Below are positions 13,341 through 25,400 of a DNA stretch of 64,000 nucleotides, piece by piece; the stretch's first letter is position 1, and the number at the start of each line of letters is the position of its first letter. The position numbers and the translations under genes were made by a program. This DNA is from Penicillus capitatus (Eukaryota; Plantae; Chlorophyta): positions 2,159,288-2,223,287 of the forward strand of contig OZ287695.1 in NCBI GenBank assembly GCA_965649825.1, written 5' to 3'. The notes under the pieces were generated by a model. That model was not told where the DNA came from. It worked only from the letters and a program-made list of their open reading frames with translations, and did not search any database.

Positions 13341-13549
13341 TCTAGGGCACCATCCGGCACAGTCACCTAGAACTATTGGCCTTATCTCAATTTCAATACC
13401 CAATGCCAGAAAAGCTATGCTGAAATCGATAGAAAGACTCGGTAGTCGATTTGATTCGAATGAAACATTCTATGAGTCCATGAGTTTCTCTAGCTGTCGG
13501 CCTAATCTACTAAACATCATGAGTGGTGGCAGCTCCAGGTGGTGGTGGT

Positions 13550-15374
13550 TCAGTTGGTTGCCCCAATGGGCCTCTGTTCAGGTGCAGCATCTTGGCGACC
13601 ACGTCTAGGGCGACGCGGGCGTGGACGCCACTCGTCTGTCACTACGACATGCTCTTCAATGCGGATTTCGGCATCAATCGCCTTCTGCATGTCTCTTGCT
13701 GTCGTATAACACACACAGGCGTAGCAATTGTTCTGACCCGTAAAAACGCTAAACACAGACAGAACACATGATGAGTGAGCCAGTGGATATCCGACAGGCA
13801 ACGCACCGGATTGGCTCGTCTTCTGCCAAAGCTCCGTATTGGGAGAATACTTCTGTGACCTTTTCGACGGTGATTCCAAGAGGAAGTCTACACAGGCAGG
13901 CAGGAATGACATCAATACTGGATCATATCGATCCACAACGCCGATGGCATTACTTGCAGGCAAACACGCGAAACTGCTCGCTCGATGCAGTCTGTGTGTC
14001 GGTGATAAGTCTTCTGGGAGAAGATCTGATGGATCGTGGCTGTTGTGGATATTCATCGAGGTATGGCACAAGCCGTTCACCCGTTAAAGGGGAAGCCAAA
14101 CATCCAGGAGCGGACAACGGACTTGTACAACGGCGGGAAAAGGGATTCGGGTGGTTCATGAATCCACTAGGAAGCTGTACCATTCTAGGTCTATCTTTTG
14201 CCGGAATGCATCCCTAACAAACACAACGGCGCAGTCCATATCACCACGGACGCCATAGAGCAGCCCTCACTTTGATGTTTCTCGTTGTGAGGTCGATTGA
14301 ACTGATTTGCTGTCCATCGGGTGCTGCTGGATAACGCATGCCAAATGCAATATCGTAACTGACATCCTTTTTCTCCATCGTTCCGTCAACAAAGCCTGTC
14401 GTCAATCAAGCACGCGTGGATTCTGGCCATCAGAGGCAGTGGCTGTCTCTTACTTATCGTGGGCTGCGTTTTGTCACGGTTCGATGTAATCGATGGCGTC
14501 CCGCTTCCGGTATCGATCGTTGAGACGCGCACGTGGTGTGCTGCTTGCGTTTCTTCTTCGCAGATTGCTCGTGGCAACTCATGTCTGAATTTTCCATTCG
14601 TTGGGTCCTGGGCAGCAATGGCTACTGTCGACTCGGCAATGATCTCGGCGTTGCGAGCCGGCTGCGTCAATAGACTGCAATGTCGGGATCCCTTATCCGC
14701 TTTTGGAAACATAAGCACTGTGTCTGTCTTAATGTAATAACCATCACTCTGTCTGGACAGTATGAGAGCCTGTGTAAAGGCCCTGTCTCCCGAATGCGGC
14801 TGAACGAGACATTCACAAGGAATCAGTCTTTATGCGGTTTCTGTGTACATGGATGGGGATACTTTGACAGACATGCGTCCAGAGATGAGTAAGCTGATGC
14901 AGCCACCCGAGGAAGGCTGCGGTGTGCAGTTGCTAACGGTAATCGTCACCTCTTCGTAAAGAGAGCGCAGCAACTCCTGTACCGTCTACACGTCCCGTCG
15001 TCAGGTCGCATCACCTCACGACCAGAGCGAAGCCTTACTGCCACGTTTTCAGCTTTCGTTGTCAATGGCTGCCCATCTTCCTTCACTTGACAGACGACAA
15101 CAGTGGAGTCCGAACCGTAGAACTGAAAGAGATAGCTTGCATAATTGTTAAGTACGCGATAGTAGAGGGCAACAAACTTCCGTGCAACCTAGCGAGAAAG
15201 AAAATGTTGAGCGGGCTCGTGTACTATACTAACGGTTATGGCGTCGCAAGGGGCGCAGCCAAGAGACGGTCCCGGAATATCCGATGCGGAAATTCTCGAA
15301 AAAATCTTCGCATGTCGGTTCTCTACCTGCTGAACATACTGCCCGGGGGCGGAGTTCGATTCGGCTGAGTGCAT
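13550..15374 (-). CDS. G3BP: G3BP-like protein (N-terminal NTF2 domain, low-complexity linker, RRM, basic tail), about 8 exons
   Basis: The spliced reading gives VARKFVALYYRVLNNYASYLFQFYGSDS...SLLISGRMSVKPHSGDRAFTQALILSRQSDGYYIKTDTVLMF (NTF2) and LPLGITVEKVTEVFSQYGAL...NCYACVCYTTARDMQKAIDAEIRIEEHVVVTDEWRPR (RRM). It is mostly invisible in the ORF track because of short exons. Confidence 0.85.
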
Positions 15375-15722
15375 CGGAGTTCAGTCCGTTAGATATTCTC
15401 AGAGTGAAAACAGCCAAAGAACGCACGCCGCACAGGAAGACCGTCGCAAAAACTCAGTCGACAGCACGAAAGTTGAACAACCTCAAACAAAGCCAGGAAC
15501 TTATCGTCTGAGTCGTTTGGCTAAAAACATAAAGGATGCGAATGTCGTGAATCGCCCGGCTTATAAAATCGAGTGAACGGTCCGGACCTTCGACAAAACT
15601 GTTTTGAATCAATTCAAGCCGTCCAGACGTAACCTTCCAGTCGTTTGAACGACGGATGGTTCTGTATTGGCTCGTCATGTGGCCTTCTCGATGTGACACT
15701 TTCAAAGGGCTCCGAGAGCCAC

Positions 15723-17061
15723 ATGCTACGCAACAGTGCCGCTCGAGCTGCACCACTGCTTTGCATATTCAGGCAAACTCGACGAGATTTCAAAGTAAAC
15801 CGCCATGCGGCTGAAGGAGAGCGCGATAGACTGTTAGGCTGCTCTGCCACGCGCCAAGGATTCAGGCGAAGAACTGACGCCGACGTCTTTGGCTCGAAGC
15901 ATCGCTGAGGAGACAAAACAGTTTGCACGAAAGGCTGAACATCTACAGAGACTCCCCTTTCGTCGCTATGTCCATCGCCGAATGGTAAATGACGCGGAAG
16001 ATCTTTGCGAGTTCTTGGTGGCACGGTTGGCAAATCAGTCTGAGATCACCACAGCTCCAGTCGTGGGTGCCATTGCTCACAGTCTCTCACTCATCCAGGC
16101 AGACATCCATCCATCCAAGTCCCATAGATAATTCTCACACTTTGTTTGGCTCTTAAGGACACACTGTGGAATAGCAGACGGACCCCATACCACCATAAAG
16201 CCCTGGTGACCCATCTCTGGGAGAGGGCAGAAGCGAATGTCTCTGAAATGACAGCCACGGATGTGGGAAGCATGCTCTATGCTTTCTATGCGTTTCGCGA
16301 TGTCCTCTCAACGATTCATTCACCGTCTGAAAAGACAGGTGTTGATGGGACAGGTGCGAATGGAAAACAGGAGCATCATCTTCCGCTGGTTCAAAAATTG
16401 GTCGAGAGATTCCTTGCGGATATAGAAATGGGAACGAGCCAAGATGCCTTGTCGGTGCTCATGGGCATGGCCGTCGTTCCCTATACTCCACCAGACATCA
16501 CACAACGGCTCATCACGCATCACATCCTTCCACAGATTCCCATCGCCGACCACGAGATCCTCAGTCACATCGCCTGGGCCACAGGTCATGTCAAACCACC
16601 CAACGTCGCCAAAGTACGAGATCGTGTGTGGGGAGGATAACACCGATGGAGAATTCTTAATTCAGGTCATGGACCCTCTCGTCAAGCGATTTGTGGGTCT
16701 CCGTAGAGAAGAGTATGCATTGATGCCCGTCGAGACGTTTGCCAATCTCTTGAGTGGCCTGGCCATGGTGCATCATCCTCAGGGCCGGCCTCTCGCCTCT
16801 CTTCTCATTCGGTTCATCGATCGAGCAGGATCGATTGAATGGAGACCGAGAACGATCGTTCGTTTGGCGTACGGCGTTTCGCGATTCGATGCACACACAC
16901 CATTTTTTGTCGGAAAAATTTTGCGAGAAACGATTAGAAGTGGCAGATTCTTTTCTCTGCCAGAAGTCCAACAATTTAAAGAGACCATCGACGAAATGAA
17001 TGTCGAACCGGCAGACCAAATCTGGGAAAGTCTGGCACAGGCACATCCCTTTGCTGTTTAA
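15723..17061 (+). CDS. Organelle-targeted helical-repeat protein (OPR/HPR/FAST-like), likely RNA-binding
   Basis: N-terminus [24 protein letters not shown] resembles a mitochondrial presequence. Degenerate repeats include [50 protein letters not shown] and [16 protein letters not shown] introns join ORFs 15889, 16146 and 16444. Confidence 0.6.
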
Positions 17062-17838
17062 TCGCTTTTCACGACCTTCCCTTCGAAAGAGGCGTTGGTT
17101 GCCATAATGATCCCCACAATCACACCGAACAGACCCAGAGCACTGCCAAAGATCTCAATGACCAAGATCTTGACAAAGAGTGTCGCATTCTGTGCATCGG
17201 AGAGCGCTGCACTGCTGCCCACGATGCCAACGCACAAACTAACAACCAACAACGTCATCATCCAACATCTGTCACATCAGGGATCAAGGGACGTACCCGC
17301 AGACCAAATTGGCGAATCCTGTTGTGACGCCTGCGGCAAAGTAGGCATAGCCAGCATACATGTTCTTCTGGGAGTATTTTCCATCGTCTGTCTCGGGGCC
17401 GACCTCTTCGATTTTGGTGCTCAGAATAATGGCGACAATTACACCATAGATAGCCACCGCCTCGCAGAAAATAACACTGATCAGATTTTTGGAAGTGATA
17501 CGGGGCGTTCGAATGGCTGCGCCTAGAAGACTGGATCCCGTGATAAAGATACCCCTATCCAACCAAACCTCACCACTAGGCACGACGTATCGCGAATAGA
17601 GCCCTTACCAGGCGGCTCCAAGAATAGACAGGCCAACAGCCACGGCGATCCCAGTATAGGTCCAGTAGTACGGCGAGACATAGCGAAAAAGCAAGCCGCC
17701 GTACTCCCAGTCGATAAACTTGTCATCATCTCCAATTTTCGTGAGAAACACAAAGAAGGCGATGCATGTGGAGGAGAGGATAGAGAGTCCCAAGGTGGGA
17801 CCCGTCAGCAAGTTGTCGCTCTTGGCCTCGGATGACAT
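17058..17838 (-). CDS. VHA-c'': V-type H+-ATPase V0 proteolipid subunit c'' (Vma16/ATP6V0B), 3 exons
   Basis: [52 protein letters not shown] and [25 protein letters not shown], with an extra N-terminal TM helix. Confidence 0.96.
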
Positions 17839-17898
17839 GACGATAGCGAAGACGATGCGAACGGCGCAGAGACAAAAGGGACAACCTCATACGTCACA

Positions 17899-20198
17899 TC
17901 ACAGTTTGGCCCCTTGACGTCGACGGCGCACTTCCAAGTGGATGAGCAGTGTTGTAATGTCAGCAGGATTAACGCCGCCAATCATGGACGCCTGGCCAAT
18001 GGTTTTGGGCCGAATGCGCTGTAAATGCTCGCGCGCTTCTAAGGAGAGCTTATGGATCGAAGGGTAATCGATATCATGAGGAATCTCCAGTTGACCTCTG
18101 GCTCTGACATATTCAACCTGACGCTCCTGTCGACGAATGAACCCCTCATACTTGATCCCAATCTCAACACTCTCTTCCTCCATTTTGGTCAGGGACTGAA
18201 AGGGGCAGTCGTCAAAAAACGGCATCAGAGAATGGGCGCACATGATCTGGCGGGATAAGGTTGTGCGTGTGGAGGATGTCGTAGTGAACATGTGGTCGCT
18301 TCAATAGATCTCTGAGCGTTAGATGCGATCCAATATTGTGCCCATTACGACGGATTGCATCGACACAGACAGGATCCGATGGATCACAACGAATCTGGCC
18401 CAGACGCTCTGTCTCCTTCTCCATACGCGCCTATACACACATCCGTTGTGTGCATGAGTCATTGACGTTATCCTCCTCCTTTACCTGTTTCTCTTCAAAG
18501 TGCTGCCATTGGTGGTCTGAGACGAGGCCGATGTCGCGGCCAATGGGAGTGAGTCTTTGATCAGCGTTGTCTGCTCGCAGCAGCAGTCGATATTCTGATC
18601 GGCTCGTGAGCATGCGATAGGGCTCCCTCAGATCTTTGGTCGCCAGATCGTCGATCAGCGTTCCGATGTAACTGGATTCTCTGGAAAGAGTGAGAAGCTG
18701 TTGATTGTGGACATAACGAGCGGCATTGATCCCCGATATCAGACCTTGAGCCGCCGCCTCTTCATAACCGGTGGTTCCATTGATCTGTCCACTGAAGAAG
18801 AGTCCGCCGAATTTCTTCGTCTGCAGTGTCCCTTCACACTGATATGCAGGAAGGTAGTCATACTCCACTGCATAGGCAGGACGCAGCATCTTGACCTAGA
18901 GAACACAGGACAGTGCCCGTCTTTCATCATGCGTCCTCACCTCTTCGAGACCTGTCAAGGACTGGAGCATGGCTCGTTGCATGGATTCCGGCAGTCCTGT
19001 GGAGAAACCCTGCACATAGAGCTCTGGATTCATGCGACTCTCGGGCTCCAGGAAAATCTAGGACATGTCTCGCATCTCTGCTCCCGTGCAGATGTCTTTT
19101 CATCCCACCTGATGGCTCTGTTTGTCACTGAATCGCACAATCTTGTCTTCGATCGATGGACAATACCGTGGGCCCTTTGAATCGATCCAACCGCCGTACA
19201 TTGGACTCTTGTCCAGATTATCGCGAATGAGTTGATGAGTGATGGCATTCGTGCGTGTCAGGTAACAGCAGAGCTGTTCGCGTGGAACATGGACACTCGA
19301 ATCGTAGCTGAACCAACGCTCATCCTCATCCCCTAACTCAACATCCACACAGTGGACACAGACAAGAGGGAGAGTACCTGGTTGAGGTTCGAGCTTCGCA
19401 AAATCGACGGTGCGGGCATCGACACGTGCCGGTGTGCCAGTTTTGAGCCGATCGGTTTCGAATCCCAATTCCCTCAGCTGGTCCGAGAGTCCATGAGATG
19501 GAGACTCTCCAGCCCGCCCAGCAGGCAGCGATTTCTGTCCCACCCAGATGATACCATCCATAAACGTTCCGGTCGTCAAAACGACGCTCCGACTTGAGAA
19601 CGTCATCCCAAAGAACGTCCGGACACCACGGATCACATCGTTGGCATCGAAGAGAAGTTCTGTCACCATACCTTCTCGGATATCCAAATTCTGTTGCTGC
19701 TCTAGGACGCGTTTCATGAGATGTGAGTATTCGATCTTGTCGGTCTGAGCACGGAGAGCCCAGACGGCCGGTCCCTTGGAACGGTTGAGGACGCGTTTGT
19801 GTAAGTAACATCGATCGGCCATCTTGCCCATCTCTCCTCCCAACGCATCGACCTCGAAGACCAGCTGACTTTTGGCAGGACCACCGATGGCAGGGTTGCA
19901 TGGCTAGGAGCTGAGTTGGCAGAGAACTGGGACAGCTAGAGGAGGATCACACCTGCCAGGCAATTTTGTCGAGTGTGAGTGTCAGAAGCAGTGTCTGGCA
20001 TCCAAGACGCGCCGAAGCGAGAGCTGCTTCACATCCAGCATGTCCAGCACCGACGACCACGACATCATAAGCGTGCTGGTCTCTTTCACACGCTCTGGTA
20101 GCGACTGGGCGTTTCGACAGACGTCTTCTTTTTGGCAGCCCTCGAGAAGCGACCGATCTCAGCGGTGTCCATAGGGATCTGCTAGACAGCGTCAGCAT
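17899..20198 (-). CDS. mnmG: tRNA uridine-5-carboxymethylaminomethyl modification enzyme MnmG/GidA, organelle-targeted, multi-exon
   Basis: [106 protein letters not shown] and [22 protein letters not shown]. Confidence 0.97.
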
Positions 20199-20500
20199 TG
20201 TACGACATAAAGAGAGGGGATATGATCATCATGACGAGATTAATGGACTGATGCGATGCTGTCGCGATCGAGACGCATGTTGCGTACCTCGGTGATCGAA
20301 TCGTTCTCGGATCGTTCGTTTTGGACGCGACGAGTCGAGTCGTTACGTTGCTCCCTTCCTTCACAGATTTGATCCATCCGACACCTCTTCCAAGAAGAGA
20401 AACACATTTTGCGCCGCAAACAGAGATCCATCAGGTGGGGATCACATCTCGACTGGCCAAATGCCGAGGGTGGTGGACGGAACGCACGAACACGACGGCA

Positions 20501-22273
20501 ATGCTTTGTGCCGTCCAGGACGAGATGGCCGACGTTGGAACCACGAATGGCGTCGACGACGGCACCAGCGAAACGATGAAGAAATCGCAATCTACGCCGC
20601 CTCGTGGTCGAGTCGTCTCTTAATACCGATCCCCGATTGGTAACGTGCGTTTAGGACTGGAATGCGATGCGTCGTCTGAGGCGTCTGAAAAATATGCGCC
20701 GTTCTATGGGGATGTCTATGGTCCTGCCTTCTTCGGACCGCTAATCAGCTTCAACAGCTTTCATGGAATGCCTTTTGCATCCGACAATCCAGATGCCGTT
20801 TCCGCCATGGCATCGCCTCTTCTGTCCGCGCGACGCGGTTTCTATCAAGCTGTCCCGACGGAAGAGACATCCCTTCGAGGAAGAGAGCGACGCAAACAGC
20901 AGACGCGGCAGGATGTCGCTGCCGATGCTTCGCGTCCTTTTCATTACATGTCAGCTGTCTGCGGTGCGGCATTCCCCGGTGCAGAAGTGGATCTCTTTAC
21001 CAATCCCTTTCAACGTCCTGTCGATCGCACACCAACGGCCTGCACTTCTGCGACGGCAGCGCCAGGGAGCTATGGTGACGCAATGCTGCATTCGGACGTT
21101 TCCGAATTGCTCCAGCAGTTGCTCTCCGAAGATTTCTACCCTGCCACTGCCGAAACACTCGAATCTGAAAAGCGCGGTGCGGAGGATGGAGTGGAGAGCA
21201 GAGCCAGAGCTGTCACATCACATACGCGGCAGAGACTGGAGCGAAAGATTTCGGGAAGAACAGTGAACAGACAGCGCGAGACGCGCCTAACGCATTCGGA
21301 CGACATGAAGGACTGTATCGCCGTTCTCGCACCGCAGATGAAACGAAAACGCGTAACGCGAGAAGGCGCTTATAAGCGAAAGAAAAACAACACCGTGCAC
21401 GAAGGGCGTTCTTCGCGATTTCGCGGCGTCACGAAACATCGACGCAGCGGTCGTTGGGAGGCACACATCTGGATCAAAGAGATGGGCAGACAGGTCTATC
21501 TAGGAGGCTACGAGAAAGAGGAACACGCTGCCGAGGCCTATGACGTCGCTGCGATCAAGAGCAAAGGCGACAAAGTGAAAACGAACTTCGACATTTCGAA
21601 GTACACGGATCTACGTACGGTTATGGACTCCATTACGATGGACGAGCTGGTCATGATCGTCCGACGACAAAGTCAAGGGTTCTCCCGTGGGACATCGGTA
21701 TTCCGTGGCGTGACACATCATCCGAGTGGCCGTTGGGAAGCACGAATAGGCATACCAGGTGAGCTTGTCCTCACAGAGACGTCTTAACGCATGATCGTCT
21801 CAGGAAGCAAACATATCTACCTGGGTCTGTATAATGATGAGTTCGAGGCGGCGAAGTGGTATGATCGAGCGCTGGTGCGGTTGCGAGGATCGTCCGCCGC
21901 GACGAACTTCTTGCTGTCGAATTATCAAGAGGAGCTGTCTGAATATCACGAAGTGCAGCAAGCCATCATGCAACGTCCCCTTTCGCCGTGCCGCCCGTGC
22001 GAGACCGAGATGTTCTGTGTAGTAGGGGACACGTACGGCCTCGAGGAGCCCAAAATGTCGGGACCGTTTGAAAACTGGGTAAAGTATGGACGCAAAGGCG
22101 GCGCCGCTTCGATAAAGACCTGTCCGTCGGATGTGCATGAGAGAGGGGCCGAAGCCGACACAGAGAAGCTGCAAGAGAAAAAGCACCTCGTCTCGCAACT
22201 CATCATGCGTGCCTTGACAGAAAGCCACGAGACATGTGATGTGACATCTCAGCCATCTGACCCATCCCAATGA
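20501..22273 (+). CDS. Double AP2-domain transcription factor (AP2/ANT/WRINKLED1-like)
   Basis: SSRFRGVTKHRRSGRWEAHIW..RQVYLGGYEKEEHAAEAYDVAAIK, linker RRQSQGFSRGTSVFRGVT, and a second domain ARIGIPG|SKHIYLGLYNDEFEAAKWYDRAL split by an intron. The first exon from ATG 20501 is inferred (phase-1 splice to GACTGGAA at ~20651). Confidence 0.9.
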
Positions 22274-22484
22274 CCTCGCCTCTCTCACTTTTCTCAAATC
22301 CGAGACGCCGTTTGCGTCCGGAGCACAGATGGCGACGAAAACGGACTGTCTCTGATCGTATGTATGTATGTGTTTGAATACGGTTGTCTGTCAAAGAAAG
22401 GCACGTAAATGCTGATGTGACGTGAGGTGACGAATGTCTCTGATATCGCACGACGGTCGACGCTACCTCTCTGTTTCGTTCGAC

Positions 22485-25400
22485 ATGTCAGACGCAGCAC
22501 GTACGTTTCACTACGCCGAAGTAATCGCCACGATCTCCTTCTACCGCAGCCCGACGCCTCCCATGCATCATTTAGGAGTATCCCATCGCAGCTTTAGAAG
22601 ATGACTGCAAATTGCTTGCGTCGTTGTTGGACGACTGTCTGCGCATGGAAATAGGCAAAGAGCAATTCCACGATGTGAATGCGGCGCCGTCACCGTCATA
22701 CCATCTGACGCATATCTTTCTAGGTGGAGCTCTTGCGTGGCTTAGCTTCGTCGACTTCGATGCTTGTTCAAAAGAATGACCTTGTTTGGCACATACCTCA
22801 AAAAGAGTGATTCTATTCGTGGCTTTGTTGCAGGAGAGTGCTCAGTTTCTGTCTGCAAAACTGATTCAGTTGATTCGTTCGATGCCTTTGGAGCGATCTC
22901 TTCCCGTGGCCCGTGCTTGTGGACATTACCTCAATCTCACCGGCATTGCTGAAATGCACCACCGGTAGGACACACATCTCAGTCAATCTCACTCTTTTAT
23001 CTAAGCAAGCGAGGGCGTGATGCAATAGTGCTCGTCAGGTCCGTACCTCTGGCTTAGGAAAGCAGTCCTTCGATCATGTCTTTGCACATCTTCTCTCTCA
23101 AGGCATCACTCCAAAGCAACTCTACGAAGCTGTCTGCCAACATGTGCACAGAAGAACACTTCCGCAGCGTTCTGTCTTTACATGTTCTATTCTTTAGAAT
23201 GTGGAAATGGTATTGACAGCGCATCCGACACAGATTGTCCGTCGTAGTCTTCAATACAAGCTGGCCAAGATTGCGGTTCTTCTGGAAGAGAATGACAGGT
23301 GAAATGCCATGCGTTCTGCAGATTCTGAACGGGTTTCGAGTTCAGGTCGGATTTGACAGTGAAGAGGAAAGAGTCTGTGTTGGAGGATCTGGTGCGAGAA
23401 GTGACGGCACTGTGGCAAACACAGGAATTCAGAGCAAAGCCGCCGACACCCATCGATGGTCACACTTTTTTCAGGTCATATCATCCATCTCATTCTTTTT
23501 TCAGAGGCGCGGGGTGGATTGCACATCGTGGAGCAATCTCTATGGAATGCAATTCCTTCTTATGTCCGAACTTTGGATGCCAGTCTCAAAAAGGCAACAG
23601 GTGTGACATACACTTTTTCTGAGAGGAGTCGTTACGAAAAGTGTGATGTGGATTAGGCAGGGAACTGCCAGTCGATGCGCAGGTTGTGAGTTTTGGATCG
23701 TGGATGGGCGGCGATCGTGAAGCGCATCCAGCTGTCACGGCTGAAGTGACGCGACGTGTGGCTTACATTTCCCGCTGGATCGCAGCCGATCTCTACGTGA
23801 GAGAAATCGATGCGTTGCGTTTCGAAGTACAGAGATCGAACATCCAGATCTCCTCTGAGCCTATCTAACACATGCCTCTTACAGTTGTCGATGAATCGTT
23901 GCAATGACGTGGTGTGGAAGATGGTGCGCAAAATTGCAGAGGAGAGTCACATAGATATCCACGATGTCGGATGGGCAGATGGTCACGATTTGGCCAATTA
24001 TTCATCCGAAGAAACGCACGGCCGTACGTTCTTCCCCGAAGGTCCGCTGCAAAATCGCATCATAGACGATGAGAAGAAGTGTGATGCCCTAGTGAGGCGC
24101 ACGTCTTCGGAGCATATTACACTTCCGTGCGAAATGCCTATTCTGCTTGGACTAGAAAACAGACCTCATCCATCCGAGCCAGCCACGGACCCACGATCTG
24201 TCGTCTCTGTGGATCATGGAAGTCATGACAGCTCTTCGGTGTTGATCAGTGTAATGCGTGTTGTTCTCGATGGTGTGATACCTAAGACGTGGTCTACAGG
24301 ATGCCTCGTCATCATCCGGATCCCCAGAACAGGATGTGTCGCCTCTTGGCAGTGCTAAGAAACAAGTGTCCAGAAAAGCCGCCGCCAAAACGGAGAATCT
24401 GCACAAAATTGATGACATGCTTAGTCCGATTCAAACATCTTCCTTGCATGAAGGCTCTCATCCGTATCGCCTGGTCTTGGGCGATGTCCGTCGCAGACTC
24501 ATCGAGACGAAGTGTCGCATGAAAGCATTGCTGGCAGGCAGTCACATCGATATCGAGAATCCAGACATGTCAGCACAGGAGCTCCGAGACACACTCCTGG
24601 CCATCTACACGTCTCTCAAGCAGAGTGGAGCTGGAGTGATTGCCGATGGTCCATTGCTGGATGTCATCCGTCGTGTGAACTGCTTTGGACTGTGCCTGAT
24701 GAAAATGGATATTCGTCAAGAAGCTGAGACGCATGTCGAGGCAATGAATGAAATCACAAAGTACCTCAAAATGGGATCGTACGATGCATGGACGGAAGAA
24801 GAGCGCCTCCGTTTCCTGGTAGCCCTCTCTCCTGCTTTTCGAATCTGATCTTTCTGATCCCTTGTCGGATTTTAGACGGCAGAGCTCGAAGGCAATCGTC
24901 CACTCATCCTTGAAGAGATGCTGGAATCGGCGACGTCTAAAGAACTGCTGGAGACGTTTCTGGTGGCGGCTGAGTTAGGTAGTAATGTATTAGATGCCTG
25001 CCATACCAATTATTGATGTGGTTATGCACGTATCTAGGTCCATCTTACTTGGGAGCTTACGTCATTAGTAAACCGAAGGCCCCGAGCGACATCCTTTTGG
25101 TGGAGCTCTTTCAGAGAGAGGCAGCGTTTATTGTTGCACGCCGACAAGGAAATGCCCCAAAGCTGCACCATCTCATTCCTGTGGTGCCTATGTTCGAAAC
25201 ACTGGAAGGCCTTAAAGAAGCTTCTGTCATGATGCGACATCTCTTCAAGAATGTCTGGTATCGTCAGCACATCAGGTACCTGTCGCTTTCGTCTTGGAGG
25301 ATGGCGACAAGACAGTTGTGTCTAGAACGATGCACGGGGATACGCAGCAGATCGTGTTAGGTTACAGTGACAGTGGCAGGGATGCTTGTCGGCTGAGTGT

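Noticed and set aside
22274-22484. AW-box (WRI1 site) in the PEPC promoter
   Set aside because: I found no clear match, and the motif is too degenerate to be informative by eye.
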